Assembly (NCBI GenBank): GCA_964595005.1
Contig: CAZQPC010000001.1
Span: 1 to 55,055 of the forward strand
Length of the DNA stretch: 55,055 nucleotides
Origin: an uncultured Magnetovibrio sp.
GTDB taxonomy: Bacteria > Pseudomonadota > Alphaproteobacteria > Rhodospirillales > Casp-alpha2
Reading direction: 5' to 3'
Shown here: in pieces, positions 46,677 through 54,469 of the stretch
Layout: each line of letters starts with the position of its first letter
How positions within the stretch are numbered: position 1 is the first letter of the stretch
Made by a program: the position numbers and the translations under genes
Notes under the pieces: generated by a model
What the model was told of the DNA's origin: nothing
What the model saw: only the letters and a program-made list of their open reading frames with translations
Databases searched by the model: none

Positions 46677-48527
46677 TCACCCGGCGAAGTAGAGGGCGGC
46701 CGCAATCAAGGCCAGGACCGAGATGATCTTCACGGCATCCATCAGCCGGCCGCTGCTTTCCGACGCGGCATAATTTTTCTCACGTTCCATGTCCCGGAAG
46801 ACCATGCCGCCCCAGGCCCGCTCGTCGGTGATATCCGGGTCCCGGTCGGGCCCCGGGCGTGGCGGGGCATTCGCCGTGCCGTCGGCCAGCTGACGTGCCT
46901 CGGCTACCAAGAACTCCGATCCGATCGGCCAACCGGGCCTGAGCGCGTGCAGGGCTTGCCACCCGGCAACCGATTTCCCGGCCCGGCCAAGCTCACGGTC
47001 GGCCAACAACTGACCCAGCATGGCGACCTCCAGTACATGTTGGCGCAGCTGCTTTTGACGTTCTCCGCTCAAACTGCGGAACCGTTTTTTATAGGGTTTG
47101 AGGACGCTGTCAGGATCGGCGATCACCTTGGTAAATATCGAGTTCGCGGCTCTCGGGCAGCCGCGCACCAGATAGGCCGCCCCCGTCATGATGTCGCTGA
47201 CAATGGTGGGCGCCGGTTCGTCGATGATCTCGATCTGCAGGCGGTCGTCGGTGACGTACAGTTCGGCCAGGGCAAGCATCCAAGCGCCGTGGACACTGGT
47301 CGGCGGATCGGAAAGCTTCAGCCGGCGGAGCAATTTATTAAGTGAACCTCGGCTGCCCCATTCAACCGACGAAATAATGTCCAACGGGATGGTCACGACT
47401 TCCGCGCCATAGTCATTGATGACCTTATTCTGGTGGCGGATGGCCGGGCCGTAATCGACGGGCGGACGGAACAGCTCAACGGCAAGCATGGCCGCGGCTT
47501 CCGTGTCGTGCGGATTTTGCTGCCAATGATCGCCCAGCAGTGCGCGGCCGGTGTCAATGTCACCGCCGGCAAGCTGCCGCCAGGCTTCGTCCAAAACGGC
47601 GTGGCCACCACCCGCACCGGGTCCGCCACCGGGGGCCGCGCCGGCCGTCAGGATGGAGCGCCATTGGGCGACGGTCGGCGGCCGCGCCGATGGATCAAGA
47701 GCAAGCCCGCTGGCGATAAACGAAACAAAATTCGGATCAAGCGTGCGGCCGGCAACGTCGGAAAGCGGCTCCAGACGATCATTGAGCAGCCGGCCCGCGG
47801 CGGATTGCGGCGTGCCTGCGCCGGCGGCGTCATAAAGCGTTGCGGCGAGACCGTAAATATCGGTCCAAGGGCCTTGCTTGGACGTGACTGAGTATTGTTC
47901 CGGCGCCGCATAGCCTTCGGAGAATATGGGATAATGGCTCTTGCGCGGATCGCCCAGCGAACGGACCAGGCCGAAATCGGCCAACAACGGCTCACCATTG
48001 TTCGGTATGAAGACGTTGCCCGGCGTAATATCGCGGTGCAGTAAACCTTCATCGTGGACACGTTGAAGCACGTCCAGCAACCGTTCGGTCAAGACCATCA
48101 AGGCATCGGCCTCGAGAGGTCCCGTATAGTTGATCTGGTCCGCCAAAGACTGGCCCTCGACGTAAGGCATGACGATATAGGCGGTTCCACGGGCGGTGAA
48201 ATACCGCAAAACCGGCATCACCCCAAAGGCATCTTCGCCGCGCGTCATTCTGGCCAGGGCGCGCGCTTCCTCAAGAAACCGGTCCAGGCCGTCGGCAAAA
48301 AAAGCCTCGTCGCCGTCGGCCCGCCCCGGTTCCACGTTGCCGTCCTCGCTGCGCTGGGCGAATTGTTGGGGGTAGTATTCCTTGACCACGACGTCGGCAT
48401 CGAGGGTCGTGGCACGGGCCAGATAGTTGACGCCAAACCCGCCCTGGCCAAGTACCTTCTCGATCACCAGGTCTTCGAGATGGCTGCCGGGAGGCAGCGT
48501 TTCTTCAACGACACGGGCCATATTCAT
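46677..48527 (-). CDS. Hanks-type protein kinase paralogue with about 290-aa unassigned region and C-terminal TM anchor
   Basis: GQGGFG, VVVKEY, HRDITPGN (Lys to Thr), DFG and APE motifs. The last 20 residues, KIISVLALIAALYFAG-like, are hydrophobic. Confidence 0.87.
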   Translation of the reverse strand: MNMARVVEETLPPGSHLEDLVIEKVLGQGGFGVNYLARATTLDADVVVKEYYPQQFAQRSEDGNVEPGRADGDEAFFADGLDRFLEEARALARMTRGEDAFGVMPVLRYFTARGTAYIVMPYVEGQSLADQINYTGPLEADALMVLTERLLDVLQRVHDEGLLHRDITPGNVFIPNNGEPLLADFGLVRSLGDPRKSHYPIFSEGYAAPEQYSVTSKQGPWTDIYGLAATLYDAAGAGTPQSAAGRLLNDRLEPLSDVAGRTLDPNFVSFIASGLALDPSARPPTVAQWRSILTAGAAPGGGPGAGGGHAVLDEAWRQLAGGDIDTGRALLGDHWQQNPHDTEAAAMLAVELFRPPVDYGPAIRHQNKVINDYGAEVVTIPLDIISSVEWGSRGSLNKLLRRLKLSDPPTSVHGAWMLALAELYVTDDRLQIEIIDEPAPTIVSDIMTGAAYLVRGCPRAANSIFTKVIADPDSVLKPYKKRFRSLSGERQKQLRQHVLEVAMLGQLLADRELGRAGKSVAGWQALHALRPGWPIGSEFLVAEARQLADGTANAPPRPGPDRDPDITDERAWGGMVFRDMEREKNYAASESSGRLMDAVKIISVLALIAAALYFAG

Positions 48528-48671
48528 TCCCCTTCGGCTTTATTCGGCTCCCGGGCATTGGCCGGCGTCGCGACAAATTCCCGGAAACCCGTTTCACTAT
48601 GGGCTAAATATGGATCAGAATGAACCCGGAAAAACGGCCCGGCCCGAAAAACCCCCGGCAAGGAAAACGCC

Positions 48672-49217
48672 ATGCCTGAGCATCCGCCACCGGAATTTCG
48701 ATACATCGGGTTTGCCGCGGATTTTCCGGCCAAGGGTGCGCTTGAATACGTGCTCTGCCGCTTCATCGACATGAAACGCGATGCCATGTCGACCAGTGTC
48801 CTCTCCGATGCGACCATCGAGGATATTTTCGCGGCGGTTGACGCCTATGACGGAAAGATACCGGATCAGGGCGTCTATCCGAACCGCGATATCTGGATGG
48901 GCTTTGACTATTCGCGTGATGACCTGATCGCCATGGCGGCGGACCCGGGGTCTATCGCAGACCTTGGGAAATTCCAAATCCAGCAAAGCGGTGATGCCGA
49001 AAGCGGCACCGGCGAAGACAGCGATGACGGCGGCCACTGGGTTTTGATCAAGACACTCATGGTGCTCAACTATACGGCGGCAACCCTGAGCCTGCGGTTT
49101 TCCCAGGGCGCCCTGCCGGATGCGATATTCTGCACCTGCTGGGTCAATTATGCCGAGGGTGACGGCGGCGATCTGAAAACTGTGGCCGCGCTATTGGGGC
49201 TCGCGCCTGAGCCCTGA
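48672..49217 (+). CDS. hypothetical protein (181 aa, acidic, no family recognised)
   Basis: ATG with AAGGAAAA upstream. Divergent from the kinase pair. Confidence 0.5.
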   Translation: MPEHPPPEFRYIGFAADFPAKGALEYVLCRFIDMKRDAMSTSVLSDATIEDIFAAVDAYDGKIPDQGVYPNRDIWMGFDYSRDDLIAMAADPGSIADLGKFQIQQSGDAESGTGEDSDDGGHWVLIKTLMVLNYTAATLSLRFSQGALPDAIFCTCWVNYAEGDGGDLKTVAALLGLAPEP

Positions 49218-49224
49218 CTTCCGG

Positions 49225-49764
49225 CTACCAGGCCAGCCAATCCAACGTATCGAAGCTGGACAGGGATTTGATCGTTTCCGGCGGCCCCTCGTTCTCGGGT
49301 CCGAAGTGCTCGACCCGTTCCAGCGACGTGCCGGTCTTTCCCGACGCGATGTCGGCCACCAGGTGACGACCGCCGGGACCGGGGATACGGGGCGTTGACG
49401 TATAGGAGACACGAATGATCTGTAGCCGGCGGTCACTGTCGTTGACGACAACGGTGCCGATGGGGCCGCCTGCGGGTTTCGTTATGCGGGCCCGGCTGCC
49501 ATCACGGAAGGTGTATTCGCCGCCGACGAACTGGCGCACGGTGCGCCAGGTCATGGTGCCGCCCGGTTGTTCGACGACGACGACGTCGAATTTTAACACC
49601 ACCGTCTGCGACGCGCCGAGCGCCAGCGCACCGCTCGGCAGCACGAACCCGAGAATAACCAGCGCGGAGCTTCGCCGCAGCAAGCCGAAGACAATGATTC
49701 CGACACCGGCGGCGCCGCCCGCATAAGTCAGATAATCCCAGATCAACAGGTCTTCGGAGAGCAA
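49225..49764 (-). CDS. hypothetical membrane protein (2 N-terminal TM + beta-rich domain)
   Basis: TTG start at 49764 preceded by GGAGGA with a 7-nt spacer. Hydrophobic GGAAGVGIIVFGLL and ALVILGFVLPSGALALG segments. Confidence 0.55.
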   Translation of the reverse strand: MLSEDLLIWDYLTYAGGAAGVGIIVFGLLRRSSALVILGFVLPSGALALGASQTVVLKFDVVVVEQPGGTMTWRTVRQFVGGEYTFRDGSRARITKPAGGPIGTVVVNDSDRRLQIIRVSYTSTPRIPGPGGRHLVADIASGKTGTSLERVEHFGPENEGPPETIKSLSSFDTLDWLAW

Positions 49765-50031
49765 CGCCTAGTCCTCCGCGTAATCGTCCGCCCCCAGCGC
49801 GGGACGGCCGCATGGCAAACGCAAGCCAATACATTGCTGATTATGCCACATAATTCAGGCCTCGGCGACGCCAGCTGTCGTCGCTGGGCGGTGATTGCGC
49901 TAACGCCTTGGCGATCGGTTTGATATAATATCCCTGCGGTATCGGGTTTTTGCCGGGCGCCGCTGGGCCCGTGACGTGATAGAATTGGCCGATACTAATC
50001 ACCAGGGCATCAAATTTTTGAGAGTGTGAGG

Positions 50032-50544
50032 ATGTCGGACACCATCATTGCCATTGCCTTTGGCATTGCCATTTGGGCGGGGATTATCGTGTTCGTGGTA
50101 CTTGCGGTGCGCCGCCAGTCGCGGGAAATGGACCGGCTGGGTGACGAGGCCGCCAAAGCCGCCGAAGCGGGCGATTGGAAGCCGGCATTGGGCATCGCGG
50201 CCTCTCTTTTATTTTTGATCATCGTCACCGCGCTTAATGAGGAAACCACAGAAGGCGCCATCACTGTTGTCGTCGTTTTCGCGGTGTTCGCCAGTTTCGT
50301 GGGATCGTTGCTGTTCGTGGTGCGCGCGCGCCAACGCGGCGGCGATCGCGTGGCGCTGGCCTTGGCGGTGCTGGCGGGCCTTGTCGGCGTTGGCGGATTG
50401 GCGGTGATTGTGACGATGCACGGCGTCGTCCCGATCGCCATTTTCGGCACCGTTTTCCTGGTGGCTGGCGCGCTCTCGGCGTGGTTCCATAAGATTCGTG
50501 ATCGGCGGCGGCAGGGATCGGACGGATCAGACGGCAAAGAATAA
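50032..50544 (+). CDS. hypothetical polytopic membrane protein
   Basis: Four or five hydrophobic helices and a basic/acidic tail. ATG at 50032; the track start at 50026 is GTG. Confidence 0.55.
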   Translation: MSDTIIAIAFGIAIWAGIIVFVVLAVRRQSREMDRLGDEAAKAAEAGDWKPALGIAASLLFLIIVTALNEETTEGAITVVVVFAVFASFVGSLLFVVRARQRGGDRVALALAVLAGLVGVGGLAVIVTMHGVVPIAIFGTVFLVAGALSAWFHKIRDRRRQGSDGSDGKE

Positions 50545-50554
50545 ACGGCGCCCG

Positions 50555-50998
50555 TTAGGACCGCCTCAGCCAGCTGAACCAGCGCGAGTTCGGCGCCTCG
50601 GTAATCGCCGCGTAGGCGCGGCCTAGTTCTTTCGGGTCCGGGTCGGCGCCGCCCCGGTAGGCGGTGACGAGAAACCCGCGAAGACCGATCGAGGTGACGT
50701 AGTCGATCTGCATGGGGTCATCATCGACCAGGAACTCACCGCCCATGCGGCGGATATCCTTGGGCTGGCCGCCCAGCCCCTGGGGGTCGTAATCCTCGCG
50801 GTAGAGGCGCTCGGCGAAGAATCCATCAAGGCCGTGCAGGGCCAGGATGTCGTTGGCCCGATCGCGGGTCGAATGGGTCCACAGCTTCAACGTCAACCCG
50901 TCGTCCGTCAGGCGGCCAAGCAGGTCCGGAATACCGGGCCGCATTTCGCCGCCGAAGTCGTCGGTCAGGGTATTGTCCATGTCGAAAACGACGATCAT
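50555..50998 (-). CDS. HAD-superfamily hydrolase, FCP1/NIF-like (putative phosphoprotein phosphatase)
   Basis: ATG at 50998 gives MIVVFDMDNTL (DxDxT motif I). The order RPG...LKLWTHSTRDRA...KDIRR...FLVDDDP follows the FCP1/SCP-type small HAD phosphatase layout. Confidence 0.65.
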   Translation of the reverse strand: MIVVFDMDNTLTDDFGGEMRPGIPDLLGRLTDDGLTLKLWTHSTRDRANDILALHGLDGFFAERLYREDYDPQGLGGQPKDIRRMGGEFLVDDDPMQIDYVTSIGLRGFLVTAYRGGADPDPKELGRAYAAITEAPNSRWFSWLRRS

Positions 50999-51020
50999 CG
51001 GGCTCTCCGGGTGGCCGCGT

Positions 51021-51575
51021 TCATAGGATATCGGCAAAATAGCGCTCGAATTCCGGGTAATAGAGGAAGGTTCCCGAATGATGGGCGCGGCGGCCGTCGG
51101 CGGTTTCAATGAGGATTTCACCCGATGAGAAATGGTGGGTAATCAAGTAGCGCATGTGGCGGGCACGCAGGGTTTGGCGGAATTCATGCAGGCGGGTGAA
51201 AAAATCCGGGATCGCGGCCGCCGTATCATCGTTGTCCATATAAACGCCGCCAAAAGGCAGCCTCAGCCAGACCCGGCCGGCCGGCTCCGCATGACAGTAA
51301 TAGTAGGCGTGGGAGTTGACGCCGTGTCCCCACATGCCGACCAACAGATATCCGTTCGGGGCGTCGTCGACGAATTCAGCAACGTCGCCGCCGACCAATG
51401 CCGGCCGTGCCTGGGCGGCGGCGTCGCCGATCAGCAATCCGCCGCCTCTTTCTGGGATAACTTCCGCGACGTCGGCGCCATCGATCATCCAATCGGGGAA
51501 TGGCTGGCCGAAAAGCTCCTCGTACTCTTTCTGGAGACGTTTCACGGTTCGGCGGTTTCGCAATTTCTTGAACAA
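51021..51575 (-). CDS. hypothetical protein (184 aa, no family recognised)
   Basis: TTG start at 51575 with a GGGGA RBS-like element 5 nt upstream. Codon usage is consistent with its neighbours. Confidence 0.55.
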   Translation of the reverse strand: MFKKLRNRRTVKRLQKEYEELFGQPFPDWMIDGADVAEVIPERGGGLLIGDAAAQARPALVGGDVAEFVDDAPNGYLLVGMWGHGVNSHAYYYCHAEPAGRVWLRLPFGGVYMDNDDTAAAIPDFFTRLHEFRQTLRARHMRYLITHHFSSGEILIETADGRRAHHSGTFLYYPEFERYFADIL

Positions 51576-51609
51576 GGCGGTCCCCGCTTCAATCGGTTCG
51601 GTCGGTCGG

Positions 51610-52476
51610 CTATATGCGGCTGAAATAACTTAGCAGGCCGCCCGGCATGTGCGTCCACGACCCGGCCAGATAGCCGCTCACCCAGGCGGCGCCGGTGACC
51701 AGATCTCCCGGGCGCGGATCGAAGCCGTCGGCCAGCGCCTTCGGGGCGGCATAGACGGACAAAATGAGGTCCGGCTCACCATCGACGACCGGCACGTCCA
51801 GGATCAAGATCGGCCGCCCGTCCAGTTCCGCGTGATCGACGCCTTTGACCGTGCCGTAAAACCGCTGCCAATCGGGCTCCACGGTTTCATCCTCTTGCCC
51901 GGGCCGGTCGGGCTGGATCAGGGTAATGTCCGCGCTGACGTCCCAAGCGGCCAAATTTTCGTCGCTTACGGGATCGACCCAGAAGGCGATGGCCGCCAAG
52001 GTGAACTGAGCGGTGGCGCCGATCCGCAGGCGGCTCTTGTCCTTGTAGAAAATGGGATCACAAAAAGTCAGCTCGGCACCTTGGTAGTCGGCGGTGATGA
52101 TCGCCCCGGCACCGTCCGCCAAGGGCGTCACCGAGCGAATTTCCAAGGGCACCCGCGAACCGGCGACGGCGAAGGGAAAGGCGCTCGCCAATTGGCGCTG
52201 ACCGTTGTCGTCGGTGGATTGCAGGACGACGCATTGCAGGGGCGTGCGGCCGCTGGAGCGCACCATGAACGGTGGCGGCTCACCCAACGGCAGGCGCGGC
52301 CCCGCATTGTCCGACCGGGCCCAGATTTCCGCCTCGGGATCGACATCCAGGGCGCTCTTGGGGATCGGCTCAATAACCTCATCACCATCCGCCCGCGTGG
52401 CGTCGATCAAGGCGGCCGCCTGGTCGCCGTCGTCGACGATGGCCAGCCAGTGGATGGACGTGCGTTGATCCAGCAT
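51610..52476 (-). CDS. hypothetical protein (288 aa, no family recognised)
   Basis: ATG confirmed at 52476. Same strand and short spacing to flanking genes. Confidence 0.6.
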   Translation of the reverse strand: MLDQRTSIHWLAIVDDGDQAAALIDATRADGDEVIEPIPKSALDVDPEAEIWARSDNAGPRLPLGEPPPFMVRSSGRTPLQCVVLQSTDDNGQRQLASAFPFAVAGSRVPLEIRSVTPLADGAGAIITADYQGAELTFCDPIFYKDKSRLRIGATAQFTLAAIAFWVDPVSDENLAAWDVSADITLIQPDRPGQEDETVEPDWQRFYGTVKGVDHAELDGRPILILDVPVVDGEPDLILSVYAAPKALADGFDPRPGDLVTGAAWVSGYLAGSWTHMPGGLLSYFSRI

Positions 52477-52526
52477 GTTCCAACCCTATCTCAATTCGCA
52501 GGGTCCATAAACCGGCGGCGTGATGG

Positions 52527-53321
52527 TTAAAGACCCAACAGGCGGCGCAGGCCGGTCTTTACGTAGCGCCGGCGGAACCGGGCGACAACGTCGCGGAGAT
52601 CGTCATCCAGGTAGGTCATGGCCTTCTTGGCAATCCGTCCGGGCAGGCCGAACCGCGCCTCCGCGACGGCGCCGGCGATACAGGCCTGGGTATCCGCATC
52701 ACCGCCCAGGGAAACCGCCATGCGCACCGCGTGCTCATAGGATTTCGCCTCAATGGCGCAGCGCAGCGCCTGTGGCACCGAGCCCTGGCTGGTGACGTCG
52801 TAGCGGTAGGTCTTCCGGATATCGTCGACGCGGGTTTCCAAATCATAGCCGAAGGCGGTGTTGACGGCGGTGCCGATTTCCTTCGGTTTCGCCCCTTGTC
52901 GGGCCAGCCAAGCGGCCAGGGCCGTGGCTTTGGCGCCCTTGATCCCCTCGCGGTGATTGTGGGTGACATCGGCGGTCGCGGCGGCCAGCCGCAGAACCTC
53001 GTCTTCGGATTCCGCGATCCATGCGACCGGTGAGACGCGCATGGCCGAGCCGTTGCCATAGCTGTTGTAGGGCCCGGCACCGTCGGCCGCCACCCAGCCC
53101 TTGAACATGCCGCCATAGCCGGCGTCGGGATAGCGCCGCGCGTAGGTCCGGAAACGTTCGGCAAAATTCCGCTCACCCATCAGGGCATCGGCGACAGCAA
53201 TCGTCAGGACACTGTCGTCGGTAAACTCACAGTCTTTTCCGAACAGCGGAAAATCCGTCGTCTTGATGGACCGGTATTCGTAGATCGACCCGATAATGTC
53301 GCCGGCAATGGCCCCCAGCAT
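52527..53321 (-). CDS. ADP-ribosylglycohydrolase (ARH/DraG) family protein
   Basis: N-terminal MLGAIAGDIIGS, FTDDSVLT (metal-binding Asp/Thr) and C-terminal SLGGDADTQACIAGA, as in ARH-fold enzymes. Confidence 0.87.
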   Translation of the reverse strand: MLGAIAGDIIGSIYEYRSIKTTDFPLFGKDCEFTDDSVLTIAVADALMGERNFAERFRTYARRYPDAGYGGMFKGWVAADGAGPYNSYGNGSAMRVSPVAWIAESEDEVLRLAAATADVTHNHREGIKGAKATALAAWLARQGAKPKEIGTAVNTAFGYDLETRVDDIRKTYRYDVTSQGSVPQALRCAIEAKSYEHAVRMAVSLGGDADTQACIAGAVAEARFGLPGRIAKKAMTYLDDDLRDVVARFRRRYVKTGLRRLLGL

Positions 53322-53342
53322 ACTCTCACCCCGCCGCCGCCA

Positions 53343-54299
53343 TTAGCGTGCCGCCCCGCCGTCATCATCAGCGTCAAGCTCGGCCAGCAAGTCGTCCAAC
53401 TCATCATCGTCAATGACCGCCACCTCGGCGCCCAGATGAATAGCGCCGGCCCGCCGCAGCCGGCGGATGGCGAAATTGACCCGGCGCCTGGCCGCCGCCA
53501 CCTCGGCCGGCGGCGTGTCACCGGCCAACTCAATATCTTCGCCAACCATTTCCGACAAGCGCCGGGCCATCGCCCGCAGCACCCGTTGGACGACCGCCTC
53601 GGGTTGCCCGGAAAGGGCGGCCACCAAGTCCGACATCTCGACCTCGCGCAGCAGCCGGCGGATCGAATCGTCGTCGGTGTGAAGCAAGTCCGAAATGTCG
53701 AGCAACTGTTCTTCCACGGCGTCGGGGAGGTTCAGATTGAAATCGGGGGTTTCGGCGCGCAGGGCCGCAAGTTTTTCGGACCAATCTTCCGGCGCCGTCG
53801 TCGTGGCGATCAATTCAGTAATCAGATGCTGACGCTCGTCGGGCCGGAAGGTCTGGTCGAGGTGTTGGTGCAGGGCATCCACCAAAGGTGTTATGCGGGC
53901 CAGATGGAAACCGTCCATGGACAGCAGTTCGGCGGTGGCGCCGGTGAGCGCGTCGGGCATGGCCCGGTCAAGTTCCGCCAACCGGTCGGCCTCCAGGGCC
54001 CAGCAGACGGCGGCCAATTCATGGTTGAAATCACTGCCGTCCGCGAGACGCCGCCGGTCGTTGAGAAAATCCGCCAACGCCGCCATCGGCAGACGGTGCA
54101 GCATGTCGCGCAAGTCCATCAGTTCGCGGCGCACGGAAAACGTCTGATCGGCGCGTTCGGCGGCATCGCGCCGGTTCGTTTCGCGTTCTTCGTCCAGCCA
54201 GTCAAGGATACGGGTGAGCGAGTGATCGATGCTTTCGACCGCTGCGGTCAGCGCGTCCAGGCGGGCCGTATGCTCTAGCTGTTTTCGGCGACCACTCAT
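53343..54299 (-). CDS. coiled-coil protein with FliG C-terminal-like domain and acidic tail
   Basis: LLREVEMSDLVAALSGQPEAVVQRVLRAMARRLSEMVGEDIELAGDTPPAEVAAARRRVNFAIRRLRRAGAI follows the FliG_C (MgtE_N-related) pattern position by position. GAGGTG RBS. Confidence 0.62.
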   Translation of the reverse strand: MSGRRKQLEHTARLDALTAAVESIDHSLTRILDWLDEERETNRRDAAERADQTFSVRRELMDLRDMLHRLPMAALADFLNDRRRLADGSDFNHELAAVCWALEADRLAELDRAMPDALTGATAELLSMDGFHLARITPLVDALHQHLDQTFRPDERQHLITELIATTTAPEDWSEKLAALRAETPDFNLNLPDAVEEQLLDISDLLHTDDDSIRRLLREVEMSDLVAALSGQPEAVVQRVLRAMARRLSEMVGEDIELAGDTPPAEVAAARRRVNFAIRRLRRAGAIHLGAEVAVIDDDELDDLLAELDADDDGGAAR

Positions 54300-54469
54300 T
54301 TCACCTCACGTGCCGAAGGTCTGCCGACCTCGGCTGTCAATACGATGGTGACAGGGTAAAGGTGATCGCCGTCCAAAAACCAGGTTTTCATGCCGCCAAC
54401 CGGTAACCACATTCCGAGATTGGATCGGAACATCTTCTTCAATTGCCGCCGACACAACCGGAAAACAGG

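Noticed and set aside
46677-46705. 29-nt overlap between the two kinase genes implied by the ORF track.
   Set aside because: The track start at 46705 is a TTG. An ATG at 46672, 4 nt after the upstream stop, gives a normal kinase N-terminus, so the overlap is probably an artefact.
49025-49040. GCCACTG, a B12-box-like heptamer, at about 49031.
   Set aside because: It lies inside the 48672..49217 ORF, and none of the other conserved cobalamin-riboswitch elements surround it.
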